Assembly (NCBI GenBank): GCA_963693365.1
Contig: CAVNZM010000009.1
Coordinates: 8,847,408-8,911,407, forward strand
Source of the DNA: Amoebidium appalachense
Lineage: Eukaryota > Protista > Ichthyosporea
DNA: 64,000 nt
Direction: 5' to 3'
Shown: positions 1 through 26,433 of the stretch, one piece after another
Position numbering within the stretch: position 1 is the stretch's first letter
How the letters are laid out: every line of letters starts with the position of its first letter
The notes under the pieces: generated by a model
What the model was told of the DNA's origin: nothing
The model's database searches: none
Seen by the model: only the letters and a program-made list of their open reading frames with translations
Position numbers and translations under genes: made by a program

Positions 1-672
1 TATACTCGTCTCTATAAAGAAACTTATTTAAATACATACATTTCCTAATAGTCGACACTCTCAAAGTGAAGACACATTACGATAAACCGAATTCCATACA
101 TCTCTATTGTGTCCAATCATAACACGTATATTAATAGACGGGAATGCACAACACGATCTATAGATGTACTCACTCGCGACTATTGGTGAGTCATCTTATT
201 GTGAACTAAAACTAAGCCACTTTGAACTAAAGCAAAGACAACGAAAGTGGCTGGCCAATCACGCTACCTCTTAGATAAACAGAGGAGAGCAAACACAAAT
301 AAAATACAATAAGTTCTATCAGGCAAGAGAGCCAGATGTGCACAGATCTACAGATATCTGTGCACACAGAAACAAGGGAGAGAGAGAGATACGGGGGGGG
401 GGGGGGGGGGGGGGGGGGTAAGAGAGATAGAGAGAGAAAGAAAAGAGAAAAGGGAGAAAAGGGGGAGAGCACAAAGAAGGAGAGCAGACACGAATACAAA
501 CAAAGCTAAGACACATACATACTTCAAGACTCTTGCTGTCCTACGTAGTGACGTATTCCAACAGCCCCGGACTTGATCTTGATGACCTGTGGACCCGGGC
601 CAACCCCCCCCCCCCCCCCCGATCTTGATCTTCGACTTAGGATGATCTGCTGAGACGGATTAGTATATGTCA

Positions 673-709
<37 letters not shown>

Positions 710-991
710 CGAAAAGGCTGAGTTCCACCTCAGTCACATTACACCTAACACCCCCTAAAATGACATAGACTAATCTGTCTCCCCCCCCCAAAAAATAAAA
801 TAAATAAATCAAGAAGAAATAATAAATTAATCTACACCATAAGTTTGATATTTACGGAGACACCTATGATAATAAATTAAAGTCCTACGACTACGTTCAC
901 ACTCCTCCTCGGTCTCCCCCCCCCCCCCCCTCTCCCCCCTCCCCCCCTCCCCCCCCCTCCCCCTCCCCCCGTGTGTCTACGTGTTTTTGCA

Positions 992-1580
992 TCACTCCCC
1001 CCTAGCCCCCTCCCTCACCGACTTTCTCACACCATGATTAAATTGAGGAATAACTCTCTTCGGCCTAGAGGGAGCACTAGGAAACTCCCTCTGCACTAAC
1101 CTAGCCTCGTAAGCACGAATAGAAAACGGGCAATCCAAATGAAACTCAGGCAACCACTGATCCTCATGATAACCTCCCTCAAAAGAATTTAAACAATAAT
1201 TTACCTTACCTTCCTTACCCTCGATAACCTTTTTATCGAGAATTTTATCCACTGCGGCCTCCGATACATCCACCGACCCGTCGTAGTCGGGTGTGAATGC
1301 ATCTAACACTCGACGGCCCTCCGGCCGTTTTACCCTAAGGGCCCTATCATAATATACCTTTAAATCATCTACATTATAATACCTAACATCACCTTATATT
1401 CCGTCGGACCTAACCTACTATTTTATACGGACCAATGAAAAGAGACAACCACTTCTTACCATACTTACAAAGACCTTCACCTTCACCCTTACCTTCTTGC
1501 TCCTGCTTATATCTCTTTTTCCTAGTATGATCCTTAATTAAAACTAAAGTACCCTCGGCAAATTCACGTAACGGACGTGT
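992..1580 (-). mobile_element. Ty3/Gypsy chromovirus relic: integrase C-terminus (GPY/F motif) plus chromodomain, degenerate
   Basis: The minus strand reads ...TLVLIKDH...WLSLFIGPYKIV (GPY/F motif). After a frameshift and stops it continues with ORF 992-1309 VDKILDKKVIEG...YCLNSFEGGYHEDQWLPEFHLDCPFSIRAYE (chromodomain pattern). Confidence 0.75.
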
Positions 1581-4012
1581 GGACACGTCTGCACGTGCCT
1601 GTGCCTGCTGTGTATGGGCCAGAGCTGCATCACGTGCAGCCCGGGCCCGGGTTAGTAGCTGCTCCTGGAACTCAGTCCAGTGAGGATATGTTAGTCAGTC
1701 AGTCCCCCCCATCGGCAAAAGTGCCGTATCTATCAGACTAACGGCCTCCTGCCAATAGACCAAATAAAACGGAGAGAAACCAGCTGGCAGCAAACACACA
1801 TGGCTCTTTCTCCCTCCCTCCCTCTCTCCCCCCCCCCCCCCCCCCCCCCCCCCTCCCGCGGGCCCCCCTCTCCTCTCTCTTCTCTCTCTCTCTCTCTCTC
1901 TTAGCTTTCTCTCCCCCCTCCCCCCTCCCCCCGCCCCCCCCCCCTCCGCTCCCTTCTTTTTTCTTTCTGTGCGGAGCACATGTGTGCATGCGTGAATTGC
2001 CTACAATCATGCAACACACACATGCACACGCACACACACACGCAAACACACCCACACCCACACACACACGCGCACACACGCACACACATGCAAACACATA
2101 CCCACACCCGCACAGCTCGCACGCGTACACACACACAGACAGACAGATCTAGACGCACACGCATGCGCCCAGACACACACACACGTGTGAGGTGGTGCTG
2201 GCGCTGTACCAATATTATGGCGGGACCGGCGGGAGGTATGTAAGGGCGGGGGGCTTGCCGGGCTGGGCTGCTGTATCATGAAAACGCACAAGCACTGATG
2301 GACATGTTGCAACTGGGGTGGCCGCCGCCAGAGTTTTCTTTCAAGTAGCCCGGCGGCGCCCCGGAGGGAGGCCCTCTTGCTGAAGTCGTGTGGAGGTGGG
2401 TGTGGAGGTCCAAGTTCCAGCAAGGCCTCACACCTTCAACCAACGGAGTTTGCATGGCCTAGGCCTATGTAGGTGCGACTCGAGCTCGGAATTGGATCCA
2501 AAATCGTGGCCCGGAGGGCGAAAGGGCTGAGTGCCAATCACGTGCGTCTTTAGCACATTCCGGCGTGCAGTCTTCACCAATAATATCGCAAAGAAGCTAC
2601 AAAGAGGTCTTGGGGGATTTACACTTGCAAGCGGCAGCTGCAGCCTGCAAGTCGGGTGGCGGCTTACAACTCAGCTGCACACTACATCAATAATATAGAA
2701 GAAAGAATCCTAACACAGTATGTTTTTATGCTAATTCATAGTGGGTGCTTATTAGGCTCTTTAATAGGCTACCCTTCAAGTCCTAAATGTAAGTGATAAG
2801 CCATAACGCAATGGCTCACCGCGTGACGAGCCACCATGAGAAAGAACCCCTTAATGTAAAATAGAAAATATATTTCTTATTCATTTTGAGGTTCAATCTT
2901 TTTCTTTTATGATTAAAAATTCCTCTACTACTTTTAAAGTTAATATAGGAGTTAAAGTGCACATATATAGGGGGGAAAGTATGAAAATTTATTACTCACA
3001 TAGTCTTGATAACGTTTCCAATTCTCTGAAAGTTTGTCGGTGGGTGTTTTTGATGGCGATCTAAACCTATCAGCGAAATAAACAAAAACTTTCCATGGTG
3101 TTCTGTTCTGGCCTAATTCTCAAACAGTTTCTCACACGGCGACTTTTTCTGGTGGGTGCCTGCAATAGAAAAGGTGACACTTCTTCACACACGGGTGCTC
3201 TAATTTTTTCTCTGCCTGACAGCTCCATTAGACTTGTAGAATCGAGAATGTTGAGCACCGTGGGAGTGCTGAGATTCGCCTCAAGGGGCTCTCTGCCCCT
3301 TGCACATGCTGAGAGCCCGCTTCGAAGAGGTATGTCTGAGGTGCCCTTTCTATCCTCTATCCCTTACCATCCCAACGACGTCCTTGACTGTGCGCTTCCA
3401 CCTTTATTAATGAATGCTGTGTGCTTTGTTGTGTGCTGGCTCGAAAGATGCTTCGTCGCTCTTCAAAAGTTGCCTGGTTAACTACCCATTGCATGAGCTG
3501 GCTTCTTACAAAGGAGACAACCATGACGAGGTTGTTAAGGAGGCGGTATTGCAATCAGGACATCTTAAACACAGTAGCTGCAAAGAACCATGTAAAGAGC
3601 CAAGTAGCTATACTTAAGAAGAAGGAATAATCTTTGTTCATCTTGCGGAGCTCTCTGTCCCTCATGAGTGTGATTTGACTCCTCCTGAGGACTACTGTAA
3701 TGTTTTGTACTACTTGTGGTTGGCCAGCTGGATCGTTTACAGGCAAATAAAATTAAACGAAGACATCCGCTGTGCAACTCACTGAATGTTAGCAGGCTCA
3801 GAGTAGCCGAGTACTCGTTGCAGGAGAGATGCAGATGTGTAAACTTGTGCACGAAGACACAAACACATTGCCCACCACCACATGTCCCACTTGGATTTAT
3901 TGCAGCGTACGCACACAAGTGAACGCACACACACACGCCCGTGTATGCATGTGCCCACACACACAAAATACACATGTATATACAAGCACACACACGCGCG
4001 CGCGCGCGCGAG

Positions 4013-4042
4013 CGCACGCACGCACGCACGCACGCACGCACA

Positions 4043-4098
<56 letters not shown>
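4013..4098. repeat. (CGCA)n tetranucleotide microsatellite
   Basis: Near-perfect CGCA array, directly visible. Confidence 0.95.
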
Positions 4099-4519
4099 CA
4101 GCAGTTTTAATTGGGCACTGCCCACCCGCTGTTCCTGACCCACACGTTCATCCACGATCCTCCATAAGAAGTTCATGCCCCACACAGACACACGTGCTCA
4201 CACAATCACACTGTTCGACAAGGAGCAAAAAGCACACAGTGTACCACATGGGGTTTGTGCTCATAGGTCAACACTTACCTTGAGACCTTCTTCATGAGTG
4301 TGGTTGTGGTATTTACCCGATTCACCCCTGAAACATGTTATACACCACCATATTTTCCATCACCCAGCATACATATAAACGTGTTAGTAAACCTAACCTG
4401 CAATTCACACACACACACACACACGCACAGGGATCAAGACTCTGCAAGTTCTTCCCCGTGCTCTTTTCGGCTCCACAGCCCCCATTGAAACCCAAACCTA
4501 TGAGGAAAAGGAGATAATC

Positions 4520-4965
4520 ATGCCGGAGGGCACCAAAATCATCCTTTCACCTCTGACTCCGGACAGCGTACAGGAGGCGCTAAATTTCACTGTGGATTAT
4601 CTACGCAGGGACGAGCCTTTAAATGTCGCTCTCGGAGAAAAATATTCACCGTTTCTTAGCGCGGGCTATGTCGCGGCGCGTGCAAAAGGTATCGTCGACA
4701 CTGGAATGTCGTTTATCGCAACGACAAAAGACGGGAATTTGGTTGGGGTGGTCACTTCCTGCACACAGAAACATGAGGAGAAAGCGGTGGAGAAAGAGAG
4801 GGAGAAATACATGGCGGATATGGGGGAGGTGGTGGCTAGAGACTACGACAGCAAGCTGAAGGCGTACCTGCCAACATATGGAGATGTGCTGAAACTGTTC
4901 GATGTGGGTACCCCTTCTCCCCCTCACCTCTCCTCACCTCCATTCTTTGCTTTCAGACCTCCCCC

Positions 4966-5001
<36 letters not shown>

Positions 5002-5043
5002 CCCCCATTCCAACCTCTCCACAACCTCTTCTCCACCCCCCCC

Positions 5044-5132
<89 letters not shown>

Positions 5133-5450
5133 AACACATCCCTGTCTTCCCACAACCCTCTAATGCATACATCCCCCCCCCCCCCCACCCACCCACCCAC
5201 CCCCCTTATTTCGTTATCTACAGTGGTTTTATTGCCCTAATGCAACACCTCTTCCCCCCCCCCCCCCCCGTTCCCCAGGCTCCCCTTCCGGCCTTGCCCC
5301 ATCCTACCCCTTTCTCTCTCCGTCTGCATACTCCAATCTCCCTTCGGTCTCATGCCCCCCCCCCTCCCCCCCCCTCCCCAACACACACACACACACACGA
5401 ACACGCACACAAACACACACACACACAAACGCACACACACACACACAGCG

Positions 5451-5546
<96 letters not shown>

Positions 5547-5893
5547 ACACACACACACAAAGGATCCCGGCACCATCGCTTCAAACTCGGTCTGAGCATT
5601 TAACTTTTTTTCAAAATGATAAAAATAAAAGAACAGGATTCAATAAGATGGGGGGAAGGGGGGAGGGGCGGGGGAAGGGGGAGGGGAAGGGGGGAGGGGG
5701 AAGGAGGGTTGGGGGGGAGGGGGGGGGGGGATGAGGGGGGTTAAGGGGTAGACCGTGCTCGAGAAAATACAGCAGGGAGGGGTAGGAGTTGAGGATAAAA
5801 TGGTGGCAGCAGTTTTGCCTCCTTCACTTTCCTCCATCCCCCCCCCCCCCCCCCCTCTCCTCCCCCCCTCCCCCCTCGGCCCCCCCAAATCAA

Positions 5894-5958
<65 letters not shown>

Positions 5959-6975
5959 CACACCCCTTTCACCTGCCTTTGGCCCTACCGCCACCATTAC
6001 CATCCCCCCCCCCCAACATCACCACCCCACCACACCCCCAACCCCCACCTTGGCTCTTCCTTTTGCCCGGAGATAAAGTAGTCACCACAAATATTGATCG
6101 TTAACACTCTCCCCCCCCCCCCCCCCCCCCCCCCCCCTCTTCTCTCCCTCCCCCCTCTTTCTCCCTCCCTCCGCCTCGCCCCTCTGACTCCCCCCTGTCC
6201 CTTCCCTTAACGTGTCTCTTCCTCAGCCCCCCTCCCCCCCTCCCCCCCCTTCCTCCCCCCCCCCCCCCTTCCCCCTCCCCCCCCCCCCTCCCCCCCCCCC
6301 CCACACACACCCACAACCACACACACCTCCCCCCCCCCCCCCCCCACCACCACCACTCTCCCTCTCCCACCAGCCCCTTTTTTCTTTTCCTCTCTCCCAC
6401 TCGTTCCCCCTCTCTCCTCCCCTCTCCCCCCCACCCACCCACCCCCCCATCTCCACCTGCCCCACCACCCCCCTATCTTGCTTCCCCTCATCTCCCCCCC
6501 CCCCCCAACCCTTTGTGCCCCCCTCCTCTTCCTTCCCCCTCACCCACCCGTTTGCATCTCATTTTCTATCCTTTTTCCTAAACAGGAGCTGCACAGCAAC
6601 GTGCCCCTTCCACTCGACAGCCCAACGAGCCGTATCCTCCGCCCTCTCTGTGCAGCTGTTTCCCCGAAATTTCGCGGCCAAGGATTAATGTTGGCGGCGT
6701 TAGGCCACATGTTTGAAGTTGCAAAGCAGAACGGATACCGATACACAATTGCAGAGAGCACGACAGACTACAACGCCCGTGGGATGGAGCGACTGGGGGC
6801 CAAAAGCGTAAATTTCATCGAGTATGAAAATTGGCGGAACGATGGGAAGAGGGTTCTCGCTACGGTGTCCAAGAAGCATCACGGAATTTCGCTGTATGTT
6901 TTGGATTTACAGAGTGCTGATTTCAACCCCCGCGCTGTTCCTGTTAACCCTCCTCGCCCAACGTGGGAGACATAG
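4520..6975 (+). CDS. GNAT-family N-acetyltransferase, insect AANAT/dopamine N-acetyltransferase-like; exons 4520-4903, 6586-6975 (~257 aa)
   Basis: Exon 1 has the YLRRDEPLN motif and [15 protein letters not shown] phase-0 GT-AG intron at 4904-6585 joins LKLFD|ELHS. Exon 2 has the acetyl-CoA motif [11 protein letters not shown] and [26 protein letters not shown]. Confidence 0.85.
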
Positions 6976-8027
6976 AGTATATTTATGTCCTATGAGTATG
7001 ATAGGATATGAATAAGGAATCATATTGATATATCAGCTTTTGAAATATATATCTCCCTCTTTGTCTCTTTGCACAGTTCGGAGAAATGAAGTCTCGAGTA
7101 TAATAGGAGCTGAATATGATGGTTCAGCTTTTTACGTGTGTATCTCCCTCTTTGCTGTTCCTTAGAGGCAATCTTGTATTGTCCCCGTTGTCTGTTTCAT
7201 GAAGTGTCACATGGCGGATCTGTTGACTATCCGCGCATTGGTATGTTTAACCTATCTCGCCGAGGCTGTTCACTCGTAGTAGATGATGCTGTTGTAACTG
7301 TACAGAGTTCATTGTATGGAAAGTGGTTTTGGTAATCATTTTTTTTACTTCCTCCTCCCCCCCCCCCCCCCCCCCCCCTGCTTTTTTTTTTTTTTTTTTT
7401 GGCTGCAACTCATAGACTTATCAGATCATACTATGCCAAAGGCTTTGGTTATGAGTTTTTACCTCGTGTTTACCAATTTTTAACGGTTTTTAACGGTACC
7501 GTTGAAGTATATTTTAGTTTGCTACGCAGATTTTCCTTATACCGATACTCTTTAAATACTGCGATTTTTCTGAGCCTCAAAGCCTCTTACCCTGGATGTT
7601 CAGCCTATTGTATGATAACGTATTTCTGTTGTCGAATATACGGTGCTACGTGATCGAAAGGAAAAACGCGAGAATTAAGAATATTATATGATTGGTCGAA
7701 ATCGAAATCGGTTCGATCTCAATGGCCATACATAGAAACTGCAAAAAAAAAAGCTGTTGTTACGCAGTGGAGGGGCTGCTACTTATACTTCTGTCAACTA
7801 TATGTATCCTCAGTGATAAGCTCATCTATTTTAAAAAAAAATGTTGATGTAACAGTTCCTGTTGGTTTTGAATTTCTGTGTGCGTTGAAACGCACATACT
7901 ATTTGCTCTTGAATCCCCCCCCCCCCCCCCCCCCCCCCCCCCACCCCCCACCCGACCCCACCCCCAAGTACCCCCACCCTCCCCCATCACCACCATCTCT
8001 CCCGGCATCCCAACACTTCCTTCATCC

Positions 8028-8073
<46 letters not shown>

Positions 8074-8193
8074 ACACACACCCTCACCCTTCCGGCCTCC
8101 CCATCCATCATCACCGTGTACGTAAATTTGTGCGCCGCGGCAGCAGCATAATGCAAGGCCCCCTTATGTAACAAGCATTCCCCATCCCTCCCG

Positions 8194-8224
<31 letters not shown>

Positions 8225-8331
8225 TTCACCCCCACCCAAACAACCCCTCCGCGGCTAGCTCCATGGCCAAACATAAAATAGGAGAGAGAGACACACACAC
8301 AGAGAGAGGGGGGGGGGGGGGGGGGGAGGGG

Positions 8332-8401
<70 letters not shown>

Positions 8402-9049
8402 GGGGAGACTTGAATAGCACACGAGAGGGAAATGGGTCGAGTTAAAAGTTCATGTGCTATACCGAACGTTAACAAGGTGACACGTTCGATGCATGCACAC
8501 ATGGCCACAGGGCACAAGCCCCTTTTTCTCTCCCCCTTCCCCCCACCCCTCACTCGGAGGCTCACCAGCACGAACATGGTTGACTGAGTATTTTCATGAT
8601 ACTTCGGCACGGGCACACTGTGCACCTAATTATTAAGGAAAATCTGCAAAATTGTTCTAGCAAAGGAAGGCCCGGGCTACGAACTTTAAATGGACTCATA
8701 AAAACACAAATGTGTACACACACACAAAAATAATAAAAAAGAAAGAAAATAAGAAATACACAGGCATGCGTAACAATCTAAGCGGTACTATATTTCTCGG
8801 ACTATGTCAGTGGTGCAAGGCTGCTACAGCTTCAAAGAGTAGAAACCTATCTACACGAAACCTCAGAAGCTAACCACGGTGCCTAACCCTGTCTCTATAT
8901 CTATCACAATGACTTATGATGTGTTATTATAATGGCATTCACTATCGCACTGTCCCCACGTGTATAATATGAACATGATACATTGAAAACCACAGCATCA
9001 AGATGATATTAGTATTAAAAGCGCACCTGGTAAATGCTAAAAAGGGCAA

Positions 9050-10283
9050 CTAGCACCCCACCCATATAAGCATTGCATTTTCTGCAATCGCCTCCGTGCA
9101 CACAACAACACCGTGCTCATTCACACCCAAATATTTCCCGTTTTTCACCGATTGCAATGCAACACGTTTCCCCTCAAACTGTTGCACCTTGAACGTTTCT
9201 CTGTCGGTAATCTCCCTTCCTTCCATCGCAACCTCGCCGTTATCACGCACAGAAACATAAGGAAACTGGCCTCCTGAAAACACACACACGCTCTGCAAAC
9301 CGATAACTCCCTCTTTGACGTGCACAACGTCATACATCTCCCTTGTCTTGACGAGTGGCGATAAAGCTTTAAGACCCGTACCCCATTCCCTATCATTGAA
9401 CTTAAAAAACGTAGGTACAGCCACTCCCTCTGTGTTTGGACCTGCGGGCTCAAGAGCAATGGTTCCCGTGGGGTAATCTCCTTCGATAGGTACTGGAAGA
9501 GGCCACAGAAGAAGCTGCTCGTTGGGCCCGAGTGTAGGAGAGAGAATGACATCACCACGACCACGACCACTGTTAACACAACTGACGTAGCGTCCGTTGT
9601 GTGTCTTGAGGGCAACACATCCATTCTCGAGCCAGATCAGCTCGAACCGCTCATTTTCACATTAATAGCAGCAGCTCCTACGGTGATTGCATCCCCCTGC
9701 ACGGAAAAATAGGGAGAGGCATATCTTTTTCCTCTATAATCGGTCATTGCCAGCGTTTGCACTGCAATGTGGGTTCCAATAACCTCAACTCTAAAAATCT
9801 CGCATTCCTGCACTTGAGTTGCCCGTGCCGTAAACAGTGTGCCCCCATCTCAGAGCGTCCAACCCGAGAAACTGGCGACCATTGGCGACGCCAAAAAACA
9901 CATCTCTGCCCGTGTTGAATAAGGGTTTTGTACGTGGTAGTTCAAGATTTCTTTGTCTCCATCTCTTTCTTCTGAAGTTCCTGTTTTTCGTTCAAGCGAA
10001 GGTCAATGTGTCCACAAGATGAGTAGCGGGGTGTCGCAACGGGGTCCGTTTGGGTCACAGGATTAGCATGTGAGTAGGCGGGGTAGGGCGAAGGCGACAT
10101 GAGTGAGTTTTGAGAACTCGGTTGGAGGCTCAGTTGAACTGAGGACGCTGGGTAGGTGGGTGCGGGTGAGACATAGACGGTTGTTGTGGAGAGAGGTGGG
10201 CCGGTGGAGATGGTTACCTCCTCCATGGGGCCTTTAATCTTGAGAGTGCCCTCTTGGAAACCTACTAACATGGGGGAGGTCAT
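9050..10283 (-). pseudogene. Fascin-type beta-trefoil (two trefoils) gene broken by three frameshifts
   Basis: Joining frames across shifts near 9955, 9845 and 9660 gives ...GRQFLGLD...ECEIFRVE...ENERFELIWLENGCVALKTHNGRYVSC...RETFKVQQFEGKRVALQSVKNGKYLGV, i.e. repeated E-x-F...VAL(K/Q)(S/T)xNG(K/R)Y fascin motifs. Confidence 0.7.
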
Positions 10284-10977
10284 GTTGGTGCTGTGGGGGC
10301 TATAAACGGTAGAAAGTTGGCGTTATTTGGAGAGGTTCCCATGTTGATAACGTGGAAATGCTTTTATACTTCACAAATTGTTGAGTTGTTTTCGTGTTGG
10401 TGAGTTCGTGTTTACGTTTTGTCCACTTTGAATTTTGATAAATCTGAGAAGGAGCTTCCTATTGGCTAGGAGTCCACGTTGTTTACTCAACGCCTATTGG
10501 CTTATTTGGTGGCACGATGAGTCCCCTCTGACTACCAAAGGCTTTATTTATGCTCTTTTTCCCCATAAGTAGTAGCATGATGATGAGTGACTGAAAGCAA
10601 AGCCAATAAAATAAACAGCAATAATAGAACCTGTTAATAGATATATATATATTTCGTTTACTTTTATGCTTATTTTGCTTAAGAAAACAATTGCAAAAAG
10701 GAATACAATCGTTCATGTTTTTTAGCTGCAGGTAACAGGTCGGCAAGAAACAGCAAAATTCACGGAGTATGAGGAGATAGGCACGACATGAGAAATTCAT
10801 AGCAGCCAATCGGATCGCAATGCTGACGTTTTCGTTTTGTCGCCACGAAAAGTTTCGTCAACTTGAACCTTTTCCCCCTTCAGCGAGAGAGAGAGGCTGA
10901 GGGAGGCTTGAAGGGGTGGGCGTAACTTAAAACCTGTAGAAAAGAGAATTAAAGATTGACTGTTGTTAAAAGGTAGG

Positions 10978-11015
<38 letters not shown>

Positions 11016-11301
11016 CCCCTCCCCTCCCCCCCCCCCAACCGAACTCGTGGTAAGCTTTTGGTAACACTTACAATTTTGTTACGGTAGCTACTGAAGGCGA
11101 GAAGAAACAGACATCTTTCTTATGTAGATGTACGCTTAGATATAAGAATCAACCAGCGAGACACACTATAGTTTTATGAGAAACTTGAAGCAACGCGAGT
11201 CTAGCAATCAATCACTCAGTTTATTTCAGCTGGACTACACAGCCAAGCAACCAAGCATGCACACACCGGCACGCACACTCGCCAGCAAAACCACACGCAA
11301 A

Positions 11302-11332
<31 letters not shown>

Positions 11333-11998
11333 GCGCACACACACACACACACACGCACACACGCACGCACACACATACGTACACACGCACACACGCAGGC
11401 ACGCACGCACACACACACACACACATACACACACACACCACACTCACACGCACACGCACACACACACACAGCCAAACAAACACACACATGCACACACACA
11501 CACACGTGCCCACACTCACGCACACACACGTACGCACGCGCACACACACACAAGCTTTTACACCATCACACACTTCCACAGAGACACACACAACACACAC
11601 ATACACACACACACACAAGCTCAAGCAACACGGACTGACATACACAGTAGTCTGCTCACACACATGCACATTACACAGCCACCCAAACGATTTTCCACAC
11701 ACGCATACACAAACTCTCTTTCTCTCGCGACAGAAAGTAAGGAGGTAAGTGAGATCTACACGGACACAGGGCAATGTTCCAGAGGAAATCGAGATCTAAC
11801 TCACCCTTTGTCCCCCCCCCCGCCCTCCCCCCTCTCCCCGCCTCCCCTCCCTCTCCCTCCCTCCTCCCTCCCTCCTCCCGTCCCCCCCCCCCCCCCCCTT
11901 CCCCCCATCACCCCTCCCCCCTTGCCCCCAAACCCCTCCTCCCCACCCCCCCCCCCCCCCCCTCTTCTCCCTGTCATTCACAGAGCCAAACCGCCGCC

Positions 11999-24289
<12,291 letters not shown>

Positions 24290-24516
24290 TGGATTTGGTA
24301 GTGGGAATTTACAGGAAATTGGACGTTTTTGACGGCTGTTGTAAAATGCCATAGGAGGAAACAGTAGGAAGAGAAATGTTAAACATGGGGAAGTCTTAAG
24401 ATGCTTTTTCTTAAAGGGGTGTTTTTTTTTTTGTTTTTTTTTACCCTTCCTTATTGGAGGTGATAGTATTGGATGGATGGTTGTGTGTATGTGTGTGTGT
24501 GTGTGTGGGAGGAGAA

Positions 24517-24554
<38 letters not shown>

Positions 24555-25140
24555 TCATTCGGTGCCTATGCATAGTGTGAGGTGTAAATATGACCTATTT
24601 GTACTTACGTGCTCCAAAATAATATAATGTTCCTTATATTGTGCAATCGGGCAGAAATTTGCGAATTTTTTAGTGGCGCAGCATATGAGGTTATTCTCCA
24701 ATCAGGAAGGAGCGTGTGTAGCGATAGTGTTTTAATTGGCCCAAGGAGGGCCCATTTTAATTGGCTGTTGAATGTCAGCTGGTCTGTCATACTACGCCTT
24801 GAAATAAAGCTGATTGCACGAGATGGCACAGATCCATCCCCCCCCCCCCCCCCCCCCCCCTCTCTCTCTCTCTCCCCCTCCCCCTTCCCCTTCCCCGTCT
24901 TCCCTTGACCCAATAGCCACCACAAGCCCCTCCAAAATCATTTTTATTGCAAGATATACACCAATATACCTACGGATTCAAGCGCACCTGTGCATGCATA
25001 CCCAACATGACGTGGAAAATATTAAAAAACAGCACAGGATGCTGGCAAAACTCGCAAAACTCGATGCACACACGTCCTGTGTAAGGTACAACAGGACTAA
25101 ATAACGTGCATGCATGTACACACATGTACACACGTTACGT

Positions 25141-25173
<33 letters not shown>

Positions 25174-25284
25174 ACCACCACCACCCACGAACATAGGTAT
25201 ATGGCTCCGTGAGGGTTGCTACCGTACGTGGTAGCGGCAGCTGGTGGTTGATTGGTTAGGTTCTGCTGGACCAGGTGGTGGTGC

Positions 25285-25331
<47 letters not shown>

Positions 25332-25472
25332 TATATGCATGTATTAGGTGGGGTGGCAGGAGGGCGGACGTGCGGGACCTCATGGGGTCAAATAATATAA
25401 AATAATGAGGGCCAGGGTGTGCGGGCAAGACAGGTGAGAGGGGAGGCGGGGGGGAGGGGGGGGGGGGAGAGG

Positions 25473-25504
<32 letters not shown>

Positions 25505-26366
25505 AGAGGGAAAAGAAACCGTAGTACAAGTGAATTTGCGGGGGGAGGTGGGGGAGGGGAAGCTGAAGCTATGATACAGAAGTGTTTATTTCTATATAAA
25601 GAATGGCCGCTTTCGATTTGCATGCCAGTATAACAAATCACGTTTTGTGACATAAAATTGATTGAGTTTCATCAAATGATATTCACACGCACTATATGGG
25701 CACGAAAATATGTTTGCGCACAGTGTGCACATGTACATGTGGCGGACTCCGTGTATCACCCAGCTATCTCTATTACTAACCACACACAATAACCTTATAT
25801 TTTGTTCATAATCCCGAATTAGGCCTAATGTGCTATGTACACGCATATATATATTCGATATATCATCATATGTAGCTTTTAAGACTTGTTTGGTATCTAT
25901 GATAAAGCCCCATTCTATCTGTCCATAGTCGAAAGCCCTTCCTCCCCTCCCCTCCCCCCCCCCCCCCTCCCCCCCCTCCCCCCCCCTCCCCCCCCCCCCC
26001 CCCCCCCCCCCCCCTTCATAGTACATAAATTAGGGCACACCCATGTACATATTTCTAAAAGAAAAGGAGAAGTCAAAAAAAAAAAAGGGGGGGGGGGAGG
26101 GGGGGTTGCTCCAATATTCCGGCAGGGGTACCAAAAATTCATGTAGTATCAATCACTATTTCAGAAACACGGTGTAATTGAAACAGTAAAAGGCATTACA
26201 CACTGTTTTGTTGGGCAGGGTTTAATTTTCCAGGTACTTTGAATACTTCATAAAAGAGACCTCAAAAAAGCATCATGCATCTAAAAACCAAACTCTTCTA
26301 CATTTTGGGGCAAGTGACCTTACAAGAAACAATGGTGGTGCACACAAAAAACGATGTTTGATATCC

Positions 26367-26401
<35 letters not shown>

Positions 26402-26433
26402 AAAAAAAAAAAAAAAAGGTTTAGATCAAACAT

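Noticed and set aside
1-2700. LTR pair or gag-like coding sequence around the chromovirus relic
   Set aside because: Some shared words (gccaatcacg, cagatcta) are present, but I could not align two LTRs or recognise a protein motif.
3555-3557. Stop-codon reassignment or selenocysteine suggested by the in-frame TGA
   Set aside because: All five intact genes translate with the standard code and end in TAA, TAG or TGA, and I recognised no SECIS.
4968-4998. Exact lengths of poly-C/G runs as a meaningful signal
   Set aside because: Homopolymer lengths are unreliable in assemblies; only their position and strand were used.
24641-24819. Short inverted ends gtgcaatc / gattgcac as a MITE
   Set aside because: Only about 10 bp match, there is no clear TSD and no second copy in the window.
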